64,000 bases of DNA from contig NC_045697.1 in assembly GCF_009834535.1 (NCBI RefSeq), positions 96,660,001 to 96,724,000 on the forward strand, read 5' to 3'. Shown here piece after piece: positions 12,433 to 25,465 of this stretch (its first letter is position 1; each line of letters starts with the position of its first letter). This stretch comes from Camelus ferus. Its lineage: Eukaryota. Both the position numbers and the translations under genes were made by a program. The notes under the pieces are model-generated. The model was given only the letters and a program-made list of their open reading frames with translations. It ran no database searches and was not told the origin of the DNA.

Positions 12433-13467
12433 AAAAAAAAAAAAAATCTTCTACATAGTTCTTTACTTTCTTGGACACATAGGAGATGACATGAGAATGT
12501 AGCAAAGGAAACAGAAAGATTATTGGCAAATATATATTTGCTGTTTATGTGGAAAGAAAATTTTTTTCATCAATAAAAGGTGCCCACAATTCCCAAGATA
12601 GTGATGTTTACTCAGAAATGATGTTTATCAAAGCAGAAGGTCCTTGAAGAGATTTTTGAAAACGTAAAGAGCGCCTAAAATAACTTTTGCTAATGATTCC
12701 AAAGACATAATTTACATTTCAAAAATATTGGCTATGAATATGCGGTTTGGTTTTTATGTTTCTACTTTTACATCTTTGTTTTAATGGTTGTTCTAAAGAA
12801 TGGTTACACTACCTTTAGGGCTGGCCTATGTAAATTTCTTCTATTGGCACAGAGTAAAGGAACATTCACAAAACTGGAAAATTTGGATCCCTGTTTTCAA
12901 AGTGTTAAAAAAAAGAAAAAAACTGAAGTATCTCTGTGTCAGATATTACTAAATTAATTTTAATACTGGCTATTTCATTATTTAATTTGGGTTTTGAGCA
13001 ATAATAATTCTCAGCAAGAGATTTTTTCTTTATTACTTTTTATAATTTTTTTGGCTTTGTATTTTTGGTCTTTAATTTTAGGCCTATGTGACTTTCTTTA
13101 TTGTGTTAAATTAAAATGCTTTTCAGTCTCTGATCATGGTTAAAATTTAAGGAAACATCTGTTTCTTGTGAGAGGTTGGTGGAGATTATATTGTGACCAC
13201 TGTACATTAGATATCTTTACCTTTTTTTAAAGAATTGTTTCATGATGAAAACCTACACATGTAGAGATTTATATTGCTTTTTCTTTCATTTTTTTTTAAC
13301 CAACCCAGGTGAACATATTTACAGAGTTTTATTCCAATTATGACCCTAATTAATCTTAGAATAACTGAAAGAAACAGAACAAAATTCGTTCATTTGAGGG
13401 AGTTATTTAAGGAACTTCAAGCACGGTCATACTTTTAAAAGATCCAAATTACTAAAAACTGCCCCTC

Positions 13468-13955
13468 TGTGGCCCATGCTATATCCATTTTTCTTTTCTT
13501 TCTTAACAGAAACCAGATTCTGTTTCAGGTGTCGATAAGCTCATTTAAGAAATTGTATTTTTCTGATTCTATTGCAGTTAGGAGTGGACATTTGAACAAG
13601 TTTGAGCCAATTAGATATAAGTACAATTTACCTATAAAGCTCTATAAACAAAGAGACTCATGTGTTATAAACTTTTGTTTATTTTGCCTTATATCGTCTT
13701 AAGATTTAGATTTGATGCCATAAGTGAAATGACCATGTTACCATGAAACACTAAGCATAAGGTCAAAGCCATATGCTCCAAAGTCTCAGTGGAGAGACAG
13801 AGAAAGTCCACAAGTTCAATGATAATTTAGTGCTGCTACTTCAGGCCCAGTCTGAATACTTTTAGCTTGCTCATATGTGTGAATAATAAAATCATTTATT
13901 GGTTTAAAATCATCATTTCTATTTACTCACAGCCAAATTTAATCTTATCTGATAG
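13468..13955 (+). mobile_element. Old MaLR LTR (MLT1J/K-like)
   Basis: ttgcagttaggagtggacat...gagccaattagatataag, and a 3' end gaataataaaatc...ctatttactcacagccaaa...tctgataga. Confidence 0.65.
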
Positions 13956-14367
13956 AATCAGGTGTCATACCAACAACAGTAACAACAACACACAGAAACA
14001 GTAACAACTAAATAAAAAACTCTATGTTTCTAATGCCAGAAAGGCTAGGTAGAGGAAACCGGGAAAAAGAAAATAAGAGAGAAATAAGCCTCAGACTGAA
14101 GGAAAATGGGACAGATGTTACCAGATGTGATGCAAGGAAATTGAGGTGGTATAGGAAAATCAACAATCTTCACAATGATACAGAAGTATATATATTTTTT
14201 TCTTTTTAACAACAGTGTGAACCACTTACTATCAGTTTTCCAAATACCTATGAAAAAATACAAAGGGAGGAAGAAAGCCAATGCATAATCAAAAGTTAAA
14301 ATATAAACAAAATTAAAATTAAATTTTGTACAATTACACAAAAAAGCAAAAACAGGTAAAGTTTCTT

Positions 14368-17347
14368 ATTTTTTTTTTATAATTTTTAAAATGGAAGCAT
14401 GGTTGAATTCCAATAATATATTTGCATCACACATACAACATAGTGATTTGATATTTTTATAGATTATACTCCATATAAAGTTTTTAAAAAAATGCTGGCC
14501 ATATTCCTAGTTTTGTACATTATACTCTCGTAACATATTTATATTATACCTAGTAGTTTTTACCTCTTGATCTCTCTCACCTATCTTGCCCTTCTCTCTA
14601 CCCATCTCCCCTCTGATAGCCACTAGTTTGTACTATGTTTCAGTGAGTCTATTTCTGTTTTGTTTTTTATTTCTTGATTTTAATTTTTAGATTCCAAATA
14701 TAAGTGAACACATACAGTATTTGTCTTTGTCTGAATTATTTCACTAAGCATAATACCCTCCAGGTCCATTTATGTTGTCATGAATGGCAAAATTTCATTC
14801 TCTTTTATGGCTGAGCAGTATTTCTTTGCATATGTAAATCACATCTTCTTGATCTATTTATCTCTTGATGGACACTTAGGTTGCTTCTATATCTTGGCTA
14901 TTGTAAATAATGCTGTTATGAACACCAGAGTGCACATATCTTTTTGAATTAATGTTTTCTTTCTTTTTTTTTTTTTTGATATATATCTAGGAATGGAATT
15001 GCTGGATCATAGGAACCCCCATACTGTTTCCCATAATCACTGTACCAATTTACTTTCCCATCAACAGTGTATTAGGGTTCCCTTTCTCCATATCTTCATC
15101 AACTCTTGTCTTATCTTTCGACAACAGCCATTCTGATAGGTGTAGGGTAGTATTTCTTTGTGGTTTTGATTTGCATTTTCCTGATAATTAGTAATGTTGA
15201 GCATCTTTTCATGTGCCTGTTGGCCATGCGTATGTTTTCTTCAGCAAAATGCCTATTCAGATCTTTGCCCATTTATTAATCTGGTTATTTGATTTTTAGA
15301 CATTGAATTGTATGAGTTTGTTACATATTTTGGATATTAACCTCTTATACGAAATATCATTTGCCTTTACCAGTGTGATTTTTCCCTGCATATATTTTCT
15401 TATTTCTTGCTATAGCTTTTCTTTTTCACTTAAAGAAAATTCTTTACATTTTTTATAAGGTCAATTTATTGGTAATGAACTTTTAGTTTTTGCTTGTCCA
15501 GGAAACTCCTTATCTCTTTCAATCTGGATAAATCTTGCTAGATAAAGTATTTTAGGTTGTAGGTTGTTTTCTCTTTGGCACTTCAAATATACCATGCCAT
15601 TCCCTTCTGGCCTGCAAAGTTTCTGCTGAAAAATCAGGTGATAGCCTTACGGGTAGTCCCTTACAAGACTCATTGTTTTTCTCTATCTGCCTTTAAAATT
15701 ATCTCATTAAATTTTACCATTGTAATTATATGTCTTGGTGTTGACCTCTTTGGGTTCATCTTGCTTGGAATTCTGTGCTTCCTGCACTCAGATATCTTTC
15801 CTTCTTCAGATTATGGCAGAATTTCATCAAACACATTTTCTGTCCATTTCTCTCTCTCTTCTCCTTCTGTGACCCCTATATTATAAATGTTAGTATGCTT
15901 GATGTTGTACTAGAGAGCTCTTCAACTATCCTCACTTTGTTTTTTTGTTTGTTTGTTTGTTTTTTCTTTTTTGCTGTTCTGACTGGGTAATTTCCACTAT
16001 TCTATCTTCCAGGTCATGTGTACATTCTTCTGATCATTTAACCTGATGTTAATTCCTTCTAGTATATTTTTCATTTCCATTATCATATTCTTCAGTTCCA
16101 ACTGGTTCTTTTTTATATTTTCTAGCTCTTTGTTCAAGTTCTAACTGTGTTCCTCTATTCTATTCCTTAGTTCAGTTAGCATTTCTATTACTGTTTCTTT
16201 GAACTCTTTAGCAAGTAAATGATTTATCTTCACTTCATTAAGGTTTCTTCAAAGGTTTTTATCTTGTTCTTTCATTTGAAACAAATTCCTCTGTCTTCTT
16301 ATTCTGTTCGGCTTTCTCTGTTTGTCTCCACGAAATTAGGTGAATCAGTTACCAATCCCACTCTTGAAGGCATGTCCTTATGTGGAAACATCGACTGTGT
16401 GTGCCCAGTGGCTTTGGTGGGAGAGCTGGATCTGATGCACTGCCCATGTCTTCTCCCTGAGTGTGCTGGCAGCTGCCCCCTTGGTGGGAGGTAGAGCTGG
16501 AGTCAGAGGAGAGAGAAGCAAAGCCAAGTGTGAGCTGAAGCTTTTCCCAAGCTCAATGGAAATCTCTGCCTTGGTTGGGGGCCAGGCCAGGGCTCAAGGA
16601 GCTGGAGCAGCACTTCTGAGCTGACTTTACTTTTCCCCAGTGCAGTGCATGTGCGATGGCAATGTTGGTCTCTGCCTTCGTTAGGGGGGGATTTTGGCCT
16701 GAGGATTTGGAGCTGCACCTCTGTATCGGTTCCACTTTTTCCTCCGGTGTGTGAGCTTGCACAATTGCAATGGCAGTCTCTGCCTTAGTAGGCAGTAATG
16801 CCGAGGCAGAAGGAGCTGGAGCAGGAGCTTGGTGAGGGTTGTAAGCCATGCTAGGGTGGTCCTGGAAGGCTGACCAGAGCACCAGGCAGTTTCTAATCTG
16901 ATGTCTCTTTTCTGGGACTGGGAGCAAACAAGTTTGTGTGTATGCTCTTCAAGAGCAGCATCTCGGTTTCTTACAGCCCTCTGGTAAGCCCCACTGGTTT
17001 TCAAGCCAGCAAAGAGGGCTCACCTTCCCAGTGTTGGACCCCAGGGCTGGTGTGCCTGATACGCTGCTCAAATCCCTTGCTTCTCAGGGAAGTCAGAGAT
17101 ATCCCCCTCTTCTTCTGGATTGCCTGCTAGGGATGTGGGTCTGGACTAGATTGCTACTCCTTCTCCTCTACCAGATTCCTTGTAGCTTTTTCTTTATAGC
17201 TTTGGTTGGAGAACAGCCATTCTGCTAGTCTTCAGGTCATTCTCAGTGAGGGTTGTTCTATAAGGAGTTGTAGTTTTGACGTGTCCCTGCAAGGAAGTGA
17301 GCTCAGAGTCTCCCTCCTCCACCATGTTGATCCCACCTTTTTTAATC
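14368..17347 (-). mobile_element. Internally deleted L1 (5'UTR, ORF1, ORF2 3' tip, 3'UTR), about 3.0 kb; element A
   Basis: The 5' end on the - strand is ggtgggatcaacatggtgg. ORF1 remnant at about 15400-16320, fusion junction at 15359-15364, T-tract at 14368-14380. TSD taaagtttctt (14357-14367 / 17348-17358). Confidence 0.92.
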
Positions 17348-18273
17348 TAAAGTTTCTTTTTCAAGGAGAACAATAATCAGCTGCCCTATTTATGTGCCTC
17401 AAAATTTCTGAAAGAACTGCGGCTGAAAAGTTTTGTCATTCAAATTGAAATAATTCTGTTGAATAGTTCTATGGTCAGGATCTGCCTAAATAAAGACAAT
17501 GAGATCATATTACTTGTAAATTAATGCTGTTCAGCACAATAAACATGAGCCTTCAAGCCCAAAGCAAGTAAGAAAGGTAAATGATTTTATGAACAAATAA
17601 AGCTTAATGAGCATTATGCATTCCTGAATGGTGTCTTTCTCATTTCAGATTTTGATATGGAATTAAATGTGGAGATAAAACAATTATTTAATCAGGATGC
17701 ATTCTCAGATGTGGGTATTACTAAAGTCTAAATTACTAAGTATGAACAATGCTGTGAGTGATTTGAAAATGCTAATTAGTCTGATCTGTTTTTGCCATGT
17801 TTGCAAAATTGAAAGTAAGCTACATTAATCTTATGTTTTAGTCAACCGTAAACTCACATTAAAAAAAATAGTATTAGTCATTACTGCAAAGCATCACTGT
17901 AATACAGACTTTTCCAAGTGTTATTTTCCTACCTGCTACAAAGCTAGGTTAATTCAAGAATGAACAAAGAAATCTTTTGGTTGATTCCATCTTGGTTTAA
18001 CACTTGAAGTAAAAGATCCAAAAGGTTCCAAAAGGATTCAAAAAAACCCAAAAGGTTCAAAGTTGCTCAAATGTTGAGCAATTATAGTGCTCAACCTCAT
18101 TAAGCCAAGTTGTGTTTAGAAATGCTTTTTCTGCTTTTTGTACCTCATACTTATTTCATTTAATCAATCGAAGGGACATGGTAAGTATAAGGAATCTACT
18201 TATAATAAAAATAGTCCAAGAAAGTTAATTCATCATGGTAGTATTAGGGGTATATTACATGTCACTAAAAGAA

Positions 18274-19205
18274 ATCACTTTAATTGATTTGCATATGTTG
18301 ACCTAAACAAGCAATTCTCCAAGGAAGAAATACAAATGATCAATAGGCACATGAAAAAATGCTCTATATCACTAATGATCAGAGAAATGCAAATCAAAAC
18401 TACTATGAGGTATCACCTCACACCAGTCAGAATGGCCATCATTCAAAAGTCCACAAATGACAAATGCTGGACAGGCTGTGGAGAAAAGGGAACCCTCCTA
18501 CACTCCTGGTGGGAATGCAGTTTGGTGCAGCCACTGTGGAAAACAGTATGGAGATTCCTCAAAAGACTAGGAATAGACTTACCATATGACCCAGGAATCC
18601 CACTCCTGGGCATATATCCAGAAGGAACCCTACTTCAAAATGACACCTGCACCCCAATGTTCATAGCAGCACTATTTACAATAGCTAAGACATGGAAGCA
18701 GCCTAAATGTCCATCAACAGCTGACTGGATAAAGAAGATGTGGTATATTTATACAATGGAATACTATCCAGCCATAAAAACCAACAACATAACGCCATTT
18801 GCAGCAACATGGATGTTCCTGGAGAATGTCATTCTAAGTGAAGTAAGCCAGAAAGAGAAAGAAAAATACCATATGAGATCGCTTATATATGGAATCTAAA
18901 AAAACAAAAACAAAAACAAAAACAAAAAAACAAAAATACAAAACAGAAACAGGCTCATAGACAAAGAATACAAACTTGTGGTTGCCAGGGGGACGGGGGG
19001 TCAGAAGGGATTGGGATTTCAAAATGTAGAATAGATAAACAAGATTGTACTGTGTAGCACAGGGAAATATATACAGGATCTTGTGGTGGCTCACAGCGAA
19101 AGAGAATGTGACAATGAATGTATATATGTTCATATATAACTGAAAAATTGTGCTCTACACTGGAATTTGACACAACATTGTAAAATGACTATAACTCAAA
19201 AAAAA
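18274..19205 (+). mobile_element. Young 5'-truncated L1, with a probable short inverted 5' segment (18274-18301)
   Basis: Intact ORF2 C-terminus, then a 3'UTR with a G-rich tract (18987-19015) and an A-tail at about 19198-19205. No clear TSD. Confidence 0.95.
18336..18899 (+). pseudogene. L1 ORF2p C-terminal fragment (187 aa, open frame) with CCHC knuckle
   Basis: [21 protein letters not shown]...[18 protein letters not shown] (Cx3Cx7Hx4C)...[14 protein letters not shown]. It lacks EN and RT, so it is not a functional CDS. Confidence 0.95.
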
Positions 19206-20909
19206 TTAGGAAAACACTAATATTATTTATATCTGGAATTCAGTTGATGAAAATGGAAAACTATGTTCTCCTATTGAACTTACAAAACAATCTTCCCTAA
19301 AAGAAAAAAAATAATGTGAAAGCTTTAATTGTAAGATCTCAAAAATGTGCTAGCATGTATCCTTGAAATGTTGTCATATACAGTAGGTTGTAAATGACAA
19401 GAGAATTGATGTGACAAATAGTGCTACTGATGCAAAAATAATTCTTTTGAATTGTTTTTGAATGTTGAGAAGTCAAAGGACAAAGAGGACAATATATTAA
19501 AATAATTTTTAAAAAATCTAATGAAGAATGACAAATACTTTTGGAAGGCAGTTAGTGGAAAGTATCTCTGTCAGCTGACTGTTAGAAGTTCTATTTGATG
19601 TCTGAGACTAAGCACTAGGATACAAGAGCTGGATTTGACTTTGACATCTAAAATCTTGAATTCTACTTCATGTGAGAAACTGGATCATGATTCTTAGAAG
19701 AATGTGCCTTGTTTATGGAGCACATTGTTTGATATTCAAACATTATCCTCCTCATATCTCAGCATCTGGAAGAAAACCAACTGCATATCATCCAGATATG
19801 AAAAATTCAATTACCAATATAATTGTACGCAAAATACCTATACTGTTCTCCAGAATTGTTTGGCAAAAGGAGAAAAAAGCTTCAGTTTAATAAAACACTG
19901 CAGTTTAGAATATAAGTTAGTTAATGTAAGTGACCTGTGTAAACAAATGATCTGTTGAGTTTTGTAAAAGATAGACTTTCCCAAAATACATTAATATGGC
20001 TTACTGCCTTTTCCAGAGAATCACATTTTAGTTAATATGAATGTATCCTGAAGTTAAAGACATTATGATATAGCCTCTATTTAATGAGGAGAAAAAACAT
20101 ATGTTGAAATAAGCTCATATTGGGACTAAATGATCTAAAAATAATTGATATTAATTTCCTCAGTCTATATTTATATTAGCCATATTTTTACTGTATTAGC
20201 ACACTGAGATAGACACCAGTGAAACCCATGCAAGCCCCATTTTCCATAGGAAATAAACTCACACACAATATTATTTACGATCCTCATAATTATGTTGCCC
20301 AAAAGTAAGCCCTGGATATTACCTTCTAAAATTATAAATCAGAGACTTTCCTCAATATTTTATTTCACAGCATTCTAGCAAAGAAATTTGAGACCAAGTA
20401 GAAAGCATACTCAGTTAATACTGGATATTATTAAAATCTGTTAGTGGAATATGGTGCTCGGTTAGGACTAGTTGGAATCAGTGAACAATGTAAGTGGACA
20501 AATATTACAGGAATAAAGGAACCAGCCCATAGGTAGCACTTTGGCTCTTCTAGGCGATTTTAACAGGAATTCAGGGTTTCAGACCTTGTTTAGAGGACAG
20601 GTCTCTCTCTTGGCAAGGTGAGGAAAAGTTACAGGAGTCAGAAAATAACAAAAACAAAAACAAAAACAGAAGGTTAATGAAAGAATGAAATCACCCATGA
20701 TAGCCTATTTGGCCTAGAAATGACAGAAGGAGATCAATATCAGCTGCTTAATGGAGGGTAGATACAGGTTGTTAAGGGGTAATAGAGAAAGAAACATGAT
20801 TGAGTGTTATTCAAATCCTAGACTTTTTATTAGTGAAGAAGGGAAATCAGAAATTGGTAAATATTCTTCAAGTGAATTAATCCACACACCATTTGAAAGT
20901 TATTGTTAA

Positions 20910-21030
20910 GACTACCGAAGAGAAAACTTCAAGTGGCAGAGGCTAGGTAACATCCTTAGCAGCACAGTTCTAACGTGACTCAAGTTTTGTTTTATCCCCA
21001 TGACTTAACCACGGTACCACACTGCCTTTC
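20910..21030 (-). mobile_element. MIR fragment
   Basis: cagaggctaggtaacatcc...cttaaccacggtaccacactgcct resembles a MIR 5' end read antisense. Confidence 0.55.
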
Positions 21031-21189
21031 TAAATTGAGGCTTTCAAGATAAGAAGTTTGAGAGTAGAGGCTCAACCCCTGAAAGAGACAAGAACAATCA
21101 AATGGACAGGAAAAAGGGAGAACTCCCCCTTTCTTTGGGCCTAGACAGGCTTTGTTCATGTCTCTCCCCACATGTTTTAGTGCTCTCTG

Positions 21190-21570
21190 CTTGTTTTATT
21201 AAGATAAACTAAAATAAAGATAAGAAAAAGAAAAGAAGATAATAAAAAATTAAAAACTACAATAAAAAATAGATAACATAAAAAGGAAATAATTAAAACA
21301 AAGCCTAAAGGTGGTAAGAAGAAACTAGGTAAATAAGTAATACAAGAACAAAGTAAACATGAGATAAAAGTCTTACAAAAATGTAAGAAAAGATAAATCA
21401 ACTAAGAACAATTAACACTGAGATTATAAAAACAAAAGGACTAAAAGATTAAAAGGAAAAAATAAATATGCAAAAAAATTTAAATTAAGTCAAATAATAA
21501 GAAGAAAATAAACTAGGGCATAAAATGCTAACTGGAATAAAAGAAAGGAAATAGTACTACAAGCTCTAAA
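21190..21570 (+). mobile_element. A-rich ancient L1 ORF2 fragment (post-endonuclease region)
   Basis: Very A-rich, ending aaagaaaggaaatagtactaca (cf. ERGDITT). Low complexity limits certainty. Confidence 0.4.
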
Positions 21571-24500
21571 GTTTAACACAGGCATATATTTGTGTGCTTA
21601 GAGATAAAATTACTGAACATGTTAAGTGTACTGCTATTCAAAATTGTGCTTTTGACACAGAGGGGCCTAGCAATGTCTTCTTGGTTTGAAATCCTCTGGA
21701 AAATCTGCAGAGAGATCTTGACCATTCCTTTCTTCCCTGACCTCCCTCTCCAGTCCAATCTGTGCTCAGAGATGCTGATCAGCCCTCAAATTGCTTCCAC
21801 TGAATTTCCTGCTGGGTACCCACAGGCACACAGATCCTTGCTTCCCTTGAGATATTCTTTTTCAGCCAAGAGCTAGTCTTTGCCAAGAAGAGTTAGCAGA
21901 ATGCCACTGAAAAGTTAATCTAAGAAACTGAAATGCTATTTCCCTTAGCTTCAAAACATTGTTCGAAATGGGCTGGTCTTTTGGTAAGTCTTATTAAAAG
22001 TTCTAGTTATTACAACAACCATTTTCAGAAAACAGCATAAGAATTTATGCCTTTACACATGTTGTATCTTACACAGAAGAAAAAAAAATATACAGCAGGA
22101 TAATATGGTGATGTATTACCTGAAGCAGTCTTTTCTCCAACACCACCCCTCCATCTGTCACCTTTCATTTTTGTCATGAGGCATGAGCCAATGGAAGCTG
22201 TTGGAGAGGGACCTGAGAACATATGTGAGAAATATTTAACTTCTGAGCAAAAAAGCTGCCTGATCTAGATTGAAGTCTGATATATTTAAGAAAAAAACCC
22301 AAATAGTGAAAGCTTTTACTATAATTGCTGCTCTCTCTTCCTAAATACATTAAGACCCACAGAACTATGGAAGAGAAAGATGGGAAATGAAGGAAAAGGA
22401 GGATTCCGTGTTACAGGGGACACTGCACCCTTCTCCCAATTCCTGGAAATAGGTCCTGGGAAGAAGGTTTATTCCACTTTATTTTAAGGAATTACATTGG
22501 ACAGAGCCCATTATTCAGACACTAGGATACAACTAAGATTAATAAAGAAGACTCTTACTGTCATTAAGTTGTAGTTGTAGAGTAGAACAGTGGTATTATG
22601 TGTGTAGACACAAGAGGACTGGAGACATTTCCCAAACTCTCTCACAGAATTGTGACCTAGTAGATAAGGCCCAAATAGCAGGCTAGCAAGGAACTTCATG
22701 TCAAATTACACATATTTAGTTTGAATAGTACCTGCAGGATGTGAATAAAGATGGAGCTATGTTTCAGAAAGGCACACCAGGACCAGATTTGAAACAAGTC
22801 AACAGCACAGATTGACTATTGAGTCATTCTCTGCATCACCTAGCATTACTGAGCAGAGGATAAGACAGGCTGATTTTAGTGTGGATAGAAGATAAGCTTC
22901 TAGCAAGGAAAACATCCCCTCCTTCCACAAAATACCATGCTTTAAGTTGGGTGGGACAAGATATTCCAGAGTTTTGAAGAACATCAAAGACAATAAGATT
23001 GTATTAGTACTGAATGACCCCATTAAAGATACTCCTTGGTGTTTTTTGCCTCCCTAGAAATGGAGTGGACTTATCACATCCCCATTTGGATTTGCTATCT
23101 TGCAGCATGAATTTTGTTCTCCTATCTTATCTATATGTCTGCTATCTTCCTCTTTATTTGTTTACCTTTCGCTTCCCTTGGGTATGTTTGTAGATTCTGG
23201 AGCAGGAAAGGAAGATAAGGAAGATGAGGTATGGGAGAAAAATCATTAAAATACCATTTAGGGAAATTTGAATGAAAATATCAACTATTACCAAACCAGA
23301 CTAGCCAAAATGACATAAGGTTGTATTTGTAATAATTCCATCTGCAGTCCTACAAATAATTCCCTACTGAAACATCCACAATAGCACTGGATAATGAAAA
23401 CACTCTATTTCAAGCACAAAATGTACATTAAGTGTCATGCCTTATAAATTCTGCATTCTGCTCCATAATATATTTATTTTTTATAAAAAATATAAATATT
23501 TAAATGCATAAAAATCAAAGAAAAGATTTCTACCTTTGATAAATGGCTGCTAGGTTCTTATTTCATCTTTTAATTTTCAAAACTTGAGTGATTCCAGTAA
23601 TTCTATTTCTGGTTCTTGTGAAAAATGTGGCATTCCATTAGACAGTTGAATTGAGAAAGTGGGTCCCAGAAGGAATAAAAAGCCACTGTTTTATGATTCA
23701 CAATCATGTAGCAATGCTACAAGCAACAAAAACTTGGTCTTTGCTTTAAGAAATCACCTCAAGAGGAATATCTGAATTTATACTCTTCTGCTAGGGTTAT
23801 TGCTTGAGAAACACAAGGGTATGATTTATTAATCAATATTTGATAGAACATTCTCATTAATATTCTGGATTGAGAATAATAAAACGTGAGTATAAAAGAA
23901 GAACCCCTTCATGGCTATTGTCATGCAATGGAGGAACCACACAATCAATGGTCATTCCAACATAATGCAGAACACAGAAGTGCTTCAGATCATTGAAAAT
24001 ATCTTACTGTGAGGTCATGTGGCTCTAACTTGCCTGCTCTGTGGTTCAAGGTACTGCTGAAAGTGCTTCACCTCCCACCACCAACTACAAACAAAGCAGT
24101 AAATTAACTATTTAAACCAAAACAATTTGGGCCTTACAGGACATGGCTGTGCCTTGGGTACTGTTGGCTCAAGGGCCTGCATAGCCTTACCTAAGTGACT
24201 AATGGGACTTAATCCACATTATTGATTTCCTTGTTAATACCTGAGGTAGGAGCCGTTGGGTAATACCTGCGGTGGGAGCCACTGGGATAATCAATCATAT
24301 CCTCAATTCTCATTTCAGTACCATTTTCCATTTTCTGATGGTCTTTCTTCATTTCTGTTGTAAAATTTCTCTCAGTAAAATCTGAAATCTTATTCCATGG
24401 TTAAGAACCTACCCTATATTCTCAAATATTTCTCCAATGGTTCCCTCTTTCTGTCTGTCTTAATTGGGGCATTTCCCACAAGGATAGTTCCTCGCTGTGC

Positions 24501-24749
24501 AGCCATATTAAAAGAAGAATGTTTCTTCTTTCAGAATCCAAATATCTCAGATCAGGAGAAGTAAACAACTAACACTGTTGAACATGTTTTCATGTACCCA
24601 CCAGCCTTTTGAATAGCTATATTGATTTTTTAAGTGAATGTCTTATGATCCAAAATTTATCATGTTATTTAAAATGCAAAAATCGTATTATTTTCTTTTT
24701 TGTATTTCTCATGTAGCTTGTAAAATGTTTACTCTAATAAATAAAAAAT

Positions 24750-25465
24750 CCATTATAAGTTCTTTTGCATCTTAAAATATTTTTAAATCTGTCCATATCC
24801 CTCCATCTCTACTTCCATTAGTTTTGTCAATACCACCTTCATCTTTGGCCTTGTCTACTACATATCAGCCTGCTAATTATTTTTTTCTGTCAATGCAGCT
24901 GCATTACAAACCATTCTGTAAAGTATAGCTAGTTAAATCTTGCAAATATTTATTGTAATAAGGCCACACTCTTCAAGAACTTCACATTGCTTATGGGATA
25001 AAACTCTTCACATGACCTGCAAGGACTAGTTTATGAAAAGTCATCTTCCCCAGACTTATATGGAAGCTGGCCCACTTTTCTCCATATTTTATTACTCTCA
25101 CTTTCCTTCTCTTCCTCTGGGTCACTGTAGTCTCTCCTTTATATATGTACTCCCTCTGTCTGGAATGGTCTTTTTCCACAACCTTTTTCTTAACAAATAT
25201 ACTGTACAGCTATCCTTTAGACCTCAGCTGAATCATCACTTACTCAAGACAGTTTTCTAAAATCTTGATCATGTTCCTCTTTGTTATGTCCTCAAAGAAC
25301 ATCCTCCATTCAATTTACCTCCCCCTATTCAAATATAAACCACCGGAGGGCAGGAGTTGCATTACTTTATCTCACTCTCCTTTATACTTTAGCACATAGC
25401 ATAGAAAGTTCAAAATGGAACTATTCCACATATACATTTGAAGAAATTAGTGAGAGAAAGAATAA
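24750..25465 (+). mobile_element. L2 LINE 3' part
   Basis: ccctccatctctacttcc...ccctctgtctggaatggtc...tcctttagacctcagctgaatcatcact...agcacatagcatag is an L2 3' region. Confidence 0.8.

Noticed and set aside
12047..12448. A16-TC direct repeat on both sides of the LTR as a long TSD
   Set aside because: It is low complexity. The left run corresponds to the LTR's own terminal T-tract, and ERV integrases make 4-6 bp TSDs.
16219..17228. Cluster of overlapping 64-124 aa ORFs
   Set aside because: They lie in the GC-richer L1 5'UTR, where stops are rarer, and show no protein family signature. The same applies to 48498-49167 and 59316-59933.
19300..19960. Possible processed pseudogene (short ORFs, AATAAA near 19890)
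   Set aside because: There is no recognisable protein similarity, poly-A tail or TSD.
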